The notes under the pieces were generated by a model, which saw only the letters and a program-made list of their open reading frames with translations, was not told where the DNA came from and ran no database searches. A DNA stretch of 63,817 bases, filler included, from Octopus bimaculoides (lineage: Eukaryota), in NCBI RefSeq assembly GCF_001194135.2. It is 7 parts of 6 records of this genome, joined end to end, with 100 filler letters (N's around TTAATTAATTAA, not from the genome) between each part and the next. Parts side by side here need not be neighbours in the genome. Positions count along the whole stretch, not along the records: positions 23,877 to 46,082 come from NC_068981.1; positions 46,183 to 52,069 come from NC_068987.1; positions 52,170 to 59,105 come from NC_068995.1; 4 more parts are not named here. The stretch is one strand, 5' to 3'. Both the position numbers and the translations under genes were made by a program. Position 1 is the first letter of the stretch. Each line of letters starts with the position of its first letter. Positions 40,048 through 52,689 of this stretch are shown here, piece after piece.

Positions 40048-41086
40048 ATGTGTATACTTATAGATACACACAAACACACACACATACGTATAATTTTATA
40101 CCAACGGTTGCATGTTTATGAATAGGATTTCTTTCTTTTGTAACTGTCGCTAATTACTTTGTTCCCAAAGCCATCTACACTTGTTAACCTTGTTAAAAAC
40201 TTGGAAGATAATAAGTTATCAACTAATTTATAGAGAAAAAAATATGGCGGTTACTTCACATTATCAATGTAAACTAATCAGGCTTAATCATTCTGTTCTA
40301 CGTAAGATTACATGTTAAAAAAATACTGGACTATTATAACGATCATACAAATATATTTTCTTTAATTTTCCAGTTTCTTACGTATGTTAGTCTGAATGAA
40401 ATAATTAAGTGAAATTACGATATGGCACTTTGCTATGTATAACTTTCAGTTTTAATGAAACCTGTTGAGTATATATGGGAGAATATACAAATAATAACAA
40501 CAGACGAGGACAGTTGGTGTAAATAACAAAAGTATATATTAGTATGACGCTCGGGAATACGGAAAGTATTATACATTGATGTCATTGATGTCATTTATTT
40601 TGTTTGCTTTCGACTATTGATAAAGAAAAAAAATATTATCTTATCTTTTCTACCAACTTTAAATTGAATTATTATTCATGTATAGGCAAGAAACGCGATC
40701 CATACCTTATTCTATGTCTTGTAATATCTCGCTGCCGCATCCTTCGATTAATATTTGTTTTGCGCTGATTACAGCACAGTTTCTTTTTATCTTCAGTCAT
40801 AGGCAAAGCAGTAACCTCAAACCAATATATCAAACCCGTGCCTTCAAGTACAAAATCGATTCGGAAATTTATTACATAAAAACTAGAAAACCAATAACAA
40901 ATCCACTTTTTATCTCTTTCAACACAAACTAACATTCTTGCATTTCCCAACCTCGTAGCCTCAGTTTCTCTTGTAAAACCTTCTGACAACATTCGTCTGA
41001 ATACTGTCACTTCTTAGCTCGGCTGTCGTAAAACTTACTTTCCTGACGTTACAAATATAAATATTGACAGCTATAATGTATGAGCA

Positions 41087-41322
41087 TAAGGCGGTGAGCT
41101 GGTAGAATCGTTAGCACGCTGACCGAGTTGCTTAACGATATTTCGTCTGCTGCTACGTTCTGAGTTCAAATTCCGCCGAGGTTAACTTTGCCTTTCATCC
41201 TTTCGGGGTCGATTAAATAAGTACCAGTTATGCACTGGGGTCGATGTAATCGACTTAGTCCCTTTGTCTTTCCAATGTTTGTCCCCTCTATGTTTAGCCC
41301 CTTGTGGGCAATAAAGAATTAA
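41087..41322 (+). repeat. Young family A SINE with 14-bp TSD
   Basis: ATAATGTATGAGCA at 41073-41086 and 41323-41336. CpGs intact, A/B boxes present. Other family A copies at about 70, 640, 10198, 12380/12808, 12975, 24480, 25190, 30250, 32200, 51560 and 58835. Confidence 0.9.
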
Positions 41323-42553
41323 ATAATGTATGAGCAAGCTTCTTTCTTCGTGGTTAGACATGTATTTCGTTATTGATTTCTGTGTGATAAAGACGCTTGC
41401 GTCCCAACCATGTGGTTTGGGGTTCAATCCACTTGTGCGTGGCATCTATTAAATAAATCCAGGCCGAGAAATGTGTTGGATGGACACAGTGTATGTACAT
41501 ATATATGTATGTTTTTATAAGAGGGAGAGTATGTTTGTGTGTGTGTGTGTGTGTGTGTGCGTGTGTGTGTTCGTGCGCGTGTGATTTTGTGTCATTGTGT
41601 TTGTTTACTTCCCTGTAAATTAGCAGTTTGTCAAAAGACACCGATAGAGTCAATACCAGACCTTAAAAATATGGACTGGTATAAGTTTGTACCTGCGTAC
41701 CGGAATGTATGGAAATAGAAAAAAAAATTACAAATTCACATTCTAGTCACAAATGGAATAAACTAGAAATACAATGGATATTTTTCGCTGCCTCTCAAAC
41801 ACAGCAATAATTTTTTCGATATTCTAGATTTCTAAAACTCTAACGAGATATCACACAACTTCAATTTACTCTGGTTAAACATTTGGACAATGGCGTGATA
41901 AACAGCTAAGCAAAATTACTATTCGTAAGTGAAACCGGTTTTCAATGTGTAACTATATTAATTTACAATTTGCATGTTCCGACGCGATATTTGCCGCGTC
42001 GAGACATACAAATATAAACCCGTTTATACATACACGTTGGAAAGCATGCACTTCAGTCATGTAATTACTTGTTGGTAGTCTCACATATTTTTCATGGTAA
42101 TTGCTATTGTATAAATATTTAGGTTTTCCTTTACTATATGTAAAAGCATATACATACAAATGCACACTTACACACACACACACACACATATAAAAAGTAA
42201 AGAGTAAAAGAGTCAAAATGAAGAGTAAGTACGGTTAGGCAGCATTTTAATGAAAACTATAAATGTTTCTAAGAGTGAACGAGCTCTATTTGTAATCTAA
42301 TACGTTCTTAACGGACACACCTCAACTATATATATATATAAATATATATATATANNNNNNNNNNNNNNNNNNNNNNNNNNNNNNNNNNNNNNNNNNNNNN
42401 NNNNNNNNNNNNNNNNNNNNNNNNNNNNNNNNNNNNNNNNNNNNNNNNNNNNNNNNNNNNNNNNNNNNNNNNNNNNNNNNNNNNNNNNNNNNNNNNNNNN
42501 NNNNNNNNNNNNNNNNNNNNNNNNTATATATATATATATATATATATTATATA

Positions 42554-43031
42554 CAGGGTGTCCCAAAAAGATGTACTCACTCTTTGACAGACAATTACTT
42601 ATGTATTGTCTTTGTGATGTACGGGCTTATCTCGATACAACAAATCCAAACAAATGGATTGAGAGGAGAGGTAGCGTTGAATTTCCTCCACGTTCCCCAG
42701 ACCTCACGCCAATGGATTTTTTTGACGATGATTTGAAAAATGAAATTCGAATACAATGTCTTGCAATTCCAAATGAAATGTTTGGCAATGTTGTCGAATC
42801 CATTGTTGGACGTTATCAGCTTTTTTGGGAAAATGAAAGAAAGCAGTTTGAACATTTGCGAACACGCAGGAATGCGAGAGAACATTAAATAATTCTAAAT
42901 GACAACAAATAATCATTTCTACAACAATTTGTTTTCCTGAATTTAATTTAACTTTTTAGGACTATATGTATATCAATAAACATCTACTTGAACACAAAAT
43001 GCCTGTGAGTATATCTTTTTGGGACACCCTG
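42554..43031 (+). mobile_element. Internally deleted Tc1/mariner-superfamily element (rosa/maT-like)
   Basis: 27-bp TIRs CAGGGTGTCCCAAAAAGATGTACTCAC (1 mismatch) with TA on both sides. Internal NPNKWIERRGSVEFPPRSPDLTPMDFF. Confidence 0.9.
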
Positions 43032-43678
43032 TATATGAGCGTGTGGGCTCTGGCGTGGCTATGCCGTAAGGACAGGTGCAAGCATGACTGTGTTGTAACG
43101 ATAGAGGCAAGCGCCGCTATGTGGTAAGAAGCTTGCTTCCCAACAACATGGTTCCATTGCATGGTACCTTAGACAAGTGTCTTCTACTATGGCCTCGGGT
43201 CGACCAAGGTCTTGTGAGTGGATTTGGTGGACGGAAACTGAAAGAAGCTCATCGTATATATGTATATATGCGTGTCTGTGTCTTTCTGTTTGTGTTTATC
43301 CACCATCACTTCTTGATAACTGGCGTTTATGAGTTTAATCCCCCATAATTTAGCAGAAGGAGTCGATTTTTCTCTTACAGTGCACCTTTCGTTCTTGATG
43401 TTTGACGGAACAAATAGGAGAATGTTGATCTAGATACAAATGTTACTAGAACACAGTAGAGATAGAAATTCACTAAGGAACATATACAGAGACAATCCAA
43501 GGACTGCATAGCTCTTGTAATTTGAACTTTTATCAAAGCTAATTGATCGAGGGAACATCTTGGGGTGCCATCATTCATCGCAATTTGTCGGAAATTTGAT
43601 TTCAAAATTAAATTGTTTTCCGAAAACGTGCCCTACTCCAGCTGTGTGCATGTTTATGTGTGTATATGTACGTATGTT

Positions 43679-43726
<48 letters not shown>

Positions 43727-43906
43727 CGCATATATGAGAGAGAGTGTTCTAATAGTATTGAGTATTCATTTTACAAAATGAGAAGACATCTTCGCAAAAA
43801 TGCCAAAACTAAAATGCTTATGGTCTTTTTAAGGAGAATTATTGCTAATGTAGCACACGCACATACACTTACGCGCGCAAGCACACACACATACACACAC
43901 ACACAA

Positions 43907-43971
<65 letters not shown>

Positions 43972-43972
<1 letters not shown>

Positions 43973-44585
43973 TAGGTTGTCAAGAAAGTTCTTGCGGTTT
44001 TTAACCTTTAAATTCAGATGCGCATATCTCGGCTCAAACAAAACCTTATTAATCGAGATAAACACCATCAGAATCAACACACTTTTGCCAGCGTGAAACA
44101 GGTTTATTTATGGAAGTAGCGTAAAAGTCCTGCGTTGTGGTGGTTATGAAGTCGTTGAAGGCGTGTTTGGCATCGTCTTGATTTTTGAAGCATTTCTCAC
44201 ACAGGAAGTCGTCGAGATGCTTGAAAAAGTGGTAGTCGGTAGACGAGAGATCTGGTGAGTATGGCGGATGAGGCAGAGTTTCGTAGCCCCATTCGTTCAA
44301 GTTCTGCAGGGTCAGTTGTGTGACATGCGGCCGCGCGTTGTCGTTGAGAAGAATTGGTCCTTTTCTATCGATCAATGCTGTCTGTTGTTGTCAGAGTTTC
44401 TTATGCATTTCATCCATTTGCTGACAGTACTTCTCCGCCGTAATGGTTTCGCCTGGATCTCAAAGGTTGTGATGGATGAGACCGGTCGCAGACCACCAAA
44501 CAGTCACCTTGACCTTCTTTTGGTGCAACTTTGGCTACGGGGAATGACCGTGGAGCTTCGTCGGCGTCCAACCACTTGAGCAAAG
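43972..44585 (-). mobile_element. Mariner (DD34D) transposon, 3' half with one TIR
   Basis: ILLNDNARPHV...LPHPPYSPDLSSTDYHFFKHL...WQKCVDSDGVY, with upstream WLDADEAPRSFP. TIR TTAGGTTGTCAAGAAAGTTCTTGCGGTTTTT. Confidence 0.9.
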
Positions 44586-44927
44586 CCTTTGATTTCACGT
44601 TGCTCTGCGACCATTTCGTGACCTGACACGTGGCACACGGTGCACCTGTACAGTACAGGTAGTGTCGATTTGATGGAGAGAATGAGCTTATATATATATA
44701 TAAATCCTTACTTTGTATTTTCATATCTTTACCTTATATTCTTAACAATTTATCATATATATATTAATTTATATAAACCCTAATTTTGTCTTGAGACATC
44801 GGTAATTATTCTTTGAATTCACTTGTATATCTCCCTTATTAATTTAATGATATTCTGTGATAAAACACTCGATGAAATGACATTTTTTTTTTCTTAGAAT
44901 GATAAATCGCTCGGCAGCTGGATTTGT

Positions 44928-45027
44928 CTCCTACTCTCCCACTACTCTCCTACTACTCTCCTACTCTCCTACTACTCTCCTACTACTCTCCCACTACTCT
45001 CCCACTACTCTCCTACTCTCCCACTAC
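44928..45027. repeat. Minisatellite of (C/T)ACTACTCTCC-type 10-13-nt units
   Basis: About 8 variant units are directly visible. Confidence 0.9.
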
Positions 45028-46334
45028 ACCTAGAATATGTTTCCGAAAATAAGTGGAGGTGGAATTTCATGCAGCTTGTAAATTTTAAATGATGATGTAA
45101 TGTGATTGATGCACAAATTGTGCAGCAGATGTTTGAAAATATTACCGTAACGAACACAAGGAATGAATTGATAACACAGATTTTGTTCTTATATACAGAC
45201 GCAGGAGAGGCTGTGTGCTAAGTAGCTAGCTTAGAGGGGTGGAATGAGGAAAATTGGGATATTTTTAATTGTTAATATATCGAAATTGTTAATATATTGA
45301 AATTGTGGAAAAATTGTAATTTTAAAAGGAAAAAAGAACAATGTTTTCGAGGGGGTTATCAGTCGGCAAGCGCTGGTGCCTCTCTCATTATTTGTTTCAT
45401 CCTTATCACCCTCATCTCATTAATGTCCATATCCAGCCCGCAGCTACTTTATGTCTGTTTGTTTTTGTCTGTCCCCTCTATGTAACGCCGTTAATGGCGA
45501 AATTTATTGAAATAAAGTAGCTAGCTTACCAACTACATGGTTCTCGGTTCAGTGTCACTGTGTGGCACGTCGAGCAAGTGTCTACTATTATAGCCTCGGT
45601 GCGACCAAAGCCTTGTGAGGAGTGGATTTGGTAGACGGAAACTTAAACAAGCCTGTCGTATATGTATATGTGTTTGTGTGTGTGTACGTGTGTGTGTGTG
45701 TGTGTGTGTCTGTGTGTCTGTGTATCTGTGTTTTTCCCCCAACATCGCTTGACTGATGCTGGTGTGTTTACGTCACCGTAACCTAGGGGTTCGGAAAAAA
45801 AAACAGATGATAGAATAAGTACTAGGCTTACAAAGAATAAGTTCTGGGGTCGATATGTTCGACTAAAAGGCGGTGCTCCAGCATGGCCGCAGTCGAATTA
45901 CTGGAACAAATTAAAGGTTATCTATAGGCGCAGGAGTGGCTGTGTGATAAGTAGCTTGCTCACCAACCACATGGTTCTGGGTTCAGTCCCACTGCGTGAC
46001 ACCATTAGCAAGGGTCTTCTACTATAGCCTTGTGAGTGGATTTGGTAGACGGAAACTGAAAAAAGCACGTTGTATATGTGTANNNNNNNNNNNNNNNNNN
46101 NNNNNNNNNNNNNNNNNNNNNNNNNNTTAATTAATTAANNNNNNNNNNNNNNNNNNNNNNNNNNNNNNNNNNNNNNNNNNNNATATATATATATATATAT
46201 ATATATATAAACACACGTATATACATATGTATATAAATATATATATATATATATATAAATATAAACACACGTATATACATATGTGTATACATATATGTAT
46301 ATATATATATATATATATAAGGTTTTTAACTCAC

Positions 46335-46547
46335 CATATTCTTGCCCTGATCTACAGGTTTGTAGTTGTATGGCGCGGCTATATTCCGACCGTGTGGTGG
46401 TATGATCGTGTTTGTAGGCCGTGAGACAACATAATACTGTTGATGTTGTTGCTGAAAATATTGCTGCTGCTGATGGCCGGTAACATGTCCAGGTGACGAC
46501 AGCACAGTAGCGGGATACAGGTGAGAGAAGACAGGACTGGTGGACAT
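46335..46547 (-). CDS. Probable first coding exon of an unidentified multi-exon gene (Pro/Gln/Tyr-rich N-terminus)
   Basis: Non-repetitive ORF MSTSPVFSHLYPATVLSSPGHVTGHQQQQYFQQQHQQYYVVSRPTNTIIPPHGRNIAAPYNYKPVDQGKNM ends at a strong donor ATG|GTGAGT (phase 0). Codon-varied Gln run. A CpG-rich, promoter-like region lies upstream at about 47.3-48.2 kb. Confidence 0.6.
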
Positions 46548-47299
46548 TTTAATTGACGACTCAAATAGTGTTCGTTAGATACTATCATAGTTCAGTAAGT
46601 ATTCCAAGTTTTGGCCAATAAAACGTTAAAAGTTTGGCCTAGTCCTGTTCTCTGCTACAGGTTGTTATACAAAAATCCTTAACGTTAACTCCTTGAACTA
46701 AAATATCGTTTTAACAATTAGTAACGGAAAGCACATTTTTCTGTTGTTTTTTGTTTTCTTTCTTTTACCACTCGGGAAATGTATAAAAATGATTTCCTTC
46801 TAAAGCTTCAGGATAGTATGAAATAGGGGAGAAAAAGCCCCAACTTATTTTCAGTTCATTCCTTCTGTATTATTTTAAGGTTTTAACCGAACTAAAACTC
46901 TATAGGGCACTTATAAAAAGTTTTGTTAAACTGTTCATTATATCAGTGTTTTATAACCATAATTTAAAATCAGCCGTCTAATTATTACTTCATGCTTAAA
47001 ATAATAATAATATTAATAAAACACAACCTATATCTTTGATGGCTGATTTACAAGTGAAGAAAGAAGCTAAACTAACAACTGAACAGCAAGCCAATATATC
47101 CAGCACTGCTGCTGTTACTACACCTTGCTATCATGACGACCTGCCTTGTCCCCGTTTTTCGTAGTCTCCTCCTTCTCCCTTTCATTTACTAAGCAACGGC
47201 GGGAGTTTAAGGGATTCTCATGCTTGTTTCTAGGGAAAGGAACTAAATTGCCTTCCCTGAGTTTGTATCTGTTGCTGAGGTAGAGAAAGGGAACAGAGT

Positions 47300-48180
47300 C
47301 GGCTAACAAAACTAAGATAGTATGAAGTTCTCTGAGACACGAGCAGGTAAATTATTAGCAGCAGCAGTGACAGCAGCAACTCAACAGGTCGGTTAAAGAG
47401 AACGTGTCGGTCGTCTGTTTTCTAATGCAATCGATTACAATGTTACACTCACTATTATGTGTGTGTGTGCGCGCGCGCGGACGAATGTTCACGTTATGTG
47501 GAGTACTTTTAACAGTCAAGAAATTCTGAGTAACGGACAGTGGATGCCATTGACTGCTAATGGATATATATATGTGTGTGTGTATTATACACACGTATAT
47601 ATAAACACAGTTTAATGTATATATATATATATAAACACACATATATATGGATGGGATGGGGTTCGGGCTGTAGGTTTTTATTTATATATAAATATGCTAA
47701 CTGAATAAATAAAGTCGATACAGAACGCGAAATAGAAAATGTGCGCTCGATAGAAAGAGAATGAATGATAAAGAAAACGGTGTGAGAGAGAGAGAGACAG
47801 ACAGACAGAGCGAGAGATGTTTGAATGTAATTGGTTTCATCTCTCTATGCGTGTGTGCGCGCGCGCGTGCATACACACACACACGCGCGCATTTATATCG
47901 ATTCCACCTCTGTCTGTCCCTCTGCATGTCTACAGCTTTATTTAAGAGAACGGTTATACATTTTTGCAGAGTAGAGGATGTGGGAAAAAAAATTGAGAGT
48001 GAGGTACGGAGATGTCTGCTTCTCTCTACATTAATACCCATGCTCTCTCTCTCTCCAATGCACCGCGTGTGTGCGGAAAGTTTTGCTTACAAGCGACCTG
48101 CTCGGCACACGCAATGCGGCCGCACCAACCTTGCAGCCGCACCAACGTGTCTTTCTGTAACAACTCCTAAGGAACGTTCT
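47300..48180 (-). promoter_or_regulatory. CpG-rich putative promoter/5'UTR region of the minus-strand gene
   Basis: Unique GC/CpG-rich sequence with (CG)n and (GA)n tracts and a repeated GCCGCACCAAC, 0.8-1.6 kb upstream of the candidate first coding exon. The function is inferred. Confidence 0.3.
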
Positions 48181-49864
48181 TTTTGGGGCGGACATAAAGA
48201 ATACGTATACCACCCGTTTTCAGCATAGCAAAAACCCTAACCCTAAACCCTAACTGTAAACCCTAACCCTAAACACCGGGTGTACGTATTCTTTACTTTC
48301 GCCCTTTTTTGTTAATTTTCCCCTTTAAAAATTACGAAAAATAAGTCGTGATGAATGAAAGGACAGACATATCTCAACTTACGTCGGTAGTTGATTCCAT
48401 GATATGGGACTTACATGAAAATACGCCGTAACAAGAAAAAAGAAACATTAAAAAATATTCACTTATATCTTTTGTTTCAGTCATTAAACTGCGGCTTTGA
48501 AGAATTTTTAGTCGAATGAATCGACCCCCCAGTACTTATTTTTTTAAGCCTGGCACTTATTCTAGCAGACTGTTGCCAAAACGCTAAGTTATGGGTTGTA
48601 AACACGCCAACACCGGTTGTCAAACAGTAGTGGGACAACACACACACACACTTGGGTCAAAACGAACGTCTTTAAATTTCCGTCAGATCCACTCACAAGG
48701 CTNNNNNNNNNNNNNNNNNNNNNNNNNNNNNNNNNNNNNNNNNNNNNNNNNNNNNNNNNNNNNNNNNNNNNNNNNNNNNNNNNNGAGGAGACACTTGCCC
48801 AAGGTGCCACGCAGTGAGACTGAACCCGGAACCATGTGGTTGGGAAGCAACCACTGAGTGCGGTGGAAAGCTTCAGGTTGAAGAAAATTGGGGAGATATT
48901 GGGGTGGCCAAAAAGGGGGCGAATGGATGTAAAAAAAAAACAACAAAATTATGGATTAATTAGGTTAAGTTGCAGAGAGTGGTTTACGTTTGTGATGGTG
49001 CTAGGAATGTCGACTTAGTGCCAAGGGGGAAGCAGCCCGAAAAAGTCTGGTAACAACTACTTTAGACAGAGGGACGGACATACACAACCATCCCCACACG
49101 CACACGACTTCTTTGCTTTTCCTAAGCAGTAAGTTGCGTGCTCTCTTTGTAGTACGAATTCCTAATGAGACTGCAATAACCAGTCGTAACTAGTTTAGTG
49201 TTGTCCTGCAGAGAGTATCCCATAGGCTAAGTACAGTGTTTATTTACATTTTTATTCATATATATTTAATGCACAATTGGGAACTTGCAATTTACACCAA
49301 ACTCTCAGATTTTATAGTAAGCTATTCCATCTAGTCCTCCCAAATCAAAGGAATCTATAGGACAGCAGGCGCTTGAATTTAGACTTTTCCCTTTCCCACA
49401 CACATCTTTCCCACTACGGCTAAAGAGCCCTATTTACCCAACTCCAGGATAAGAATTAAGAGTCCATCACTCCCAAGGTGATTTTAGCCTGCTCGTTCAC
49501 CATATAGGGTATTTCCATGTCCCTGCGCACTGCTGCAAGATAGTCGATGACTACATTGTGTTAATTCAGCCTGTTCAGTAGGTCACGTGTTTGATCTGCT
49601 AGGTGTCTAGCAACCGTCCTCACCAGTCAAGCCTCAGAGAGTACTGGTTTAATGGCTGAGGTTGTATTGAATTGCACGTTACCAGTTACTCAAAGCGACC
49701 ACGTGCGTACACATACACACGCATACTTTTCTTTTTCCGATGAAGAACTAGCGTCCGAAATGTTAAAGGTCCTTTCGGCTTTCTTTCAAATATTATACTC
49801 ATAATACCTTTATTAAATCCTGCTTCTGAGGTTGTGTCCTTTTCTTGTTTTTGCTCATTCATCT

Positions 49865-49945
<81 letters not shown>

Positions 49946-51279
49946 TGCTGCAGACCCTGTACAAGTCTAACACAGCCAAAAATGTTCCAATATATATAAG
50001 CAACTGATCTGCTAAATCGGTGTTGTATGCTATAGTGCTGAAACTGTTAGTCATCACTAAGACCTTGAATGTACTATACACATATATCCATCAACACAAG
50101 CGCGCAGATACACACAGACACACACACACGCACACACACACATAACTGGGTATCGAACCTTGGTCGCTGCTCGAATTGTTAAGTAATCATGTTATTTCAT
50201 ATTGTACCATACATCTTTTCGATTTTTGATTCTGATCTGGAGCCTGTGCGCGGTCACTTGACCTCAAGAAATAGTAGCGAAGTCACCTTCATATCATACT
50301 CTACCGTCTTAAAAATGGAAAGGACATATTGAACAATATAGCGAGAACGGTAGGAGAGTGGTCATGGTTGGAATGTCGTTGATATGTTCGATCGATCCGA
50401 TCTGATCTGGTGCTAAACCACAGTAACAATTTCTGGTTACTCGTTAGCTAGTCTCTTGCAGACAGAGATTAAAATGTTCATAATCGCTGAAACACCTTAA
50501 ACGATGGGATGGTCATAACTGGAATGCCTTTGATCCTTATTCTGTTCGATCGGGGCTAATCAGCGTCTGAACATCAACAATAAAAAGTTTCTGATGGCTA
50601 ATATTTAAGTATTACTCGGGCTCTGCCAGCTAGAGATTAAACTATTGATAACCGTTGAAACACGAAACTCAGAGCGCGTTGGATTGAAAAAAGATTAAAA
50701 GCTTAATCAATCAAAATACAGTAAATAAAATCTATTGCCGATAGCAAAATACACAAAGGAGCTGCTTAAAAAAAATTGTTCATAGAAAGCCTTAATCCTA
50801 TGTTCAATTCTAGATAGGATTAAGGCTTTCTATGAACAATTTTTTAGATAACATCTTAAGTTATAATTCATATGTCTGATTTATATTTATCTTTTGACGT
50901 CAAAGTATCCCAGAAAATCAACTCTACATTTTTTGAATTACATTAATTACGAAACTCTAAAAAGGCTGTCGTTGATTAGAGTAGATATTTGATCAAGGGT
51001 GTCTCAAACGTGATCATTTCACCTTTCATTTTTGGTTTTGAGGTGGGGTTTGGGGTAAACGGTCAATATACTATTTCTGGTCTTGTTTAGTGAATAATAT
51101 TTTTAAAATATTCTTGGGAAAAGAAAGCCCCTCATCATTTTTCGACATTTTGAGAATTTAACTTTTCTGAGAACATCCTCTTTAGAGCTAAGCAGAAAGA
51201 TGGAACTTGATAAAATCTTCTAGTGATATCTTACGTAGTTTCCGAAATAGGTGCTGAGGTACACTGTTCCAATGTACTA

Positions 51280-51417
51280 CATTCAACAACGAACACAATA
51301 GTGACATATCGAAGCGCGATGGCTAACACAACTGCATGTGAGCAATGCAATAATCCTGCACGACTAATGAGCTGTACAGAAAGAACCGACGGGGAGTGGT
51401 GGCGTTGTTTTTGTTAA
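51280..51417 (+). mobile_element. Possible Merlin/ISXO2-like transposase N-terminal zinc-ribbon remnant
   Basis: MANTTACEQCNNPARLMSCTERTDGEWWRC fits a CxxC...DGxxWxC pattern. No catalytic domain or TIR was found. Confidence 0.4.
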
Positions 51418-52169
51418 TTCATGTTTTAAACATTGGTTAATGTTACACAGATTATTTACATAAAATTATTAGGTTTTTCTATCGTCACCTCCGGTCAATT
51501 TATTTACATTTGTCTAAACCCCTAAACTGAATGTTAATCAAAGCGCCAGTGAATAATTTCTTTCCACTACAGACACAAGGCCTGACATTTTGGAGAGAAG
51601 GCTAGTCCATTAGATCGACCCCAGTCCTCAGCTGTTGCACATTTTATCGACCTCGAAAGAATGAAAGGCGAAGTCGACCTCTGCAGAATTTGAACTCAGA
51701 ACGTAAAGCCAGAAGAAATGCTGCAAAGCGTTTTGTCCGGCGTGCTAACGATTCTGCCTGCTCACCGCCTGGTAACAGTCAATAATTGAAATCGATTCAG
51801 CCAAAATATATATTCCTGTGTTATCTGACTGTGGTAAGTAGTTTGCTTTCCAGCCACATGGTTCCGGATTCAGTCCCACTATGTGAAACCTTGGGCGAGT
51901 GTTTTCTACCATAACCAACCTCGAGCCGACCAAAGCTTTGTGAGTGGATTTGATAGACGGAAACTAAAAGAAACCTGTCGTATATGTGTTTGTGTCTTCC
52001 CCACCACCTCTTGACAAAACGGTGTTGTTGTGTTTACGTCCCCGTAATTTAGACACATAGAATAAGTACNNNNNNNNNNNNNNNNNNNNNNNNNNNNNNN
52101 NNNNNNNNNNNNNTTAATTAATTAANNNNNNNNNNNNNNNNNNNNNNNNNNNNNNNNNNNNNNNNNNNN

Positions 52170-52206
<37 letters not shown>

Positions 52207-52689
52207 CATATATATATGTGTACAGAAATATATATATATATACACATACATATAATACATTATACATATATATATATATATATATATAGATAGATAGATA
52301 GATAGACATATCCACACATACACACACAACACATATATACATACAGGATCACACACACACACACACATAAGTAATTCAAGTTCATGTAAATTTAGGTATA
52401 TATAGTCACTTATGTATTTGTGTGTGTGTCTGTACATGTGTGTGCATGTGTCTGTACATGTGTGTGTATGTCTGTGCGTGTGTGCATGTGTGTGTGTTGC
52501 AAAACGCTCTGTGTCTGGTTTAATTCTATTGCTTTAAGACAGCAATTAAGGAAATTTATGGAAGTTTCACTTTCATTCATCTGACAGATCTTTATGGATC
52601 AAGACCTCCTTTGAGCATTTTGATGCATATGTATGTGGCTGTGTGTGTGTGTATATATATATGATTGACCGTTGACTGAACACTATTCA

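Noticed and set aside
41980-42001. GC-rich 7-bp hairpin CGACGCG/CGCGTCG as a Helitron 3' end
   Set aside because: No CTRR terminus at the expected distance on either strand.
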